This document shows positions 35,275 to 35,425 of a stretch of DNA of 35,425 nt, in pieces. Every line of letters begins with the position of its first letter. The first letter of the stretch is position 1. The notes beneath the pieces were generated by a model that saw nothing but the letters and a program-made list of their open reading frames with translations, did not search any database and was not told the DNA's origin. The position numbers were made by a program, and so were the translations under genes. Source of the DNA: Candidatus Altarchaeum sp. (GTDB lineage: Archaea; Altiarchaeota; Altiarchaeia; Altiarchaeales; Altiarchaeaceae); assembly GCA_018260615.1 (NCBI GenBank), contig JAGWDQ010000098.1, positions 1 to 35,425 on the forward strand, given 5' to 3'.

Positions 35275-35425
35275 AGGTAGACACGAATCCTCGGGTTTTT
35301 AAGTTCGTTTACCAGATAATTATGCAAAAGGCCTTCTTTAAGATGGTAAATTGTCTCTTTAACTTTATATCCCATTAGCACGAAAAAAAAATAAAAAAAT
35401 GAGGGTCACCCCTATTTGTTTGTCC

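Overview
AT-rich archaeal chromosomal segment, indicated by TFB, aIF5A, L39e, archaeal adenylate kinase, Gar1-like and Dim2-like KH proteins and intronless tRNA-Thr/Gly. A DPANN/Altiarchaeota-like host is my inference only. Housekeeping genes are interleaved with solitary accessory genes: an M4-type protease with a dockerin-like tail, an ABC-ATPase+PIN pair, a TIR-like protein, a DUF5678+retropepsin pair, orphan antitoxins and a PhzE-type enzyme. The main structure the ORF track misses is a layered set of small non-autonomous mobile elements, with no transposase in the window. (1) A 203-bp TIR MITE with an 8-bp TSD splits the protease. (2) A TIR-less hairpin element occurs twice, each time bounded by TTTTTTAT; one copy frameshifts vapC. 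(3) A REP-like palindrome is nested in element 2 and also appears inserted in frame (16 aa) in an oxidoreductase. (4) A ~190-bp MITE has 19-bp perfect TIRs. There is also a 247-bp duplicated gene 3' end bracketing a two-gene cargo, a recombinant CBS-gene triplet, a candidate C/D box sRNA, and several small genes or remnants missed by the ORF track. All coordinates and alignments were read by eye; no database searches were run.
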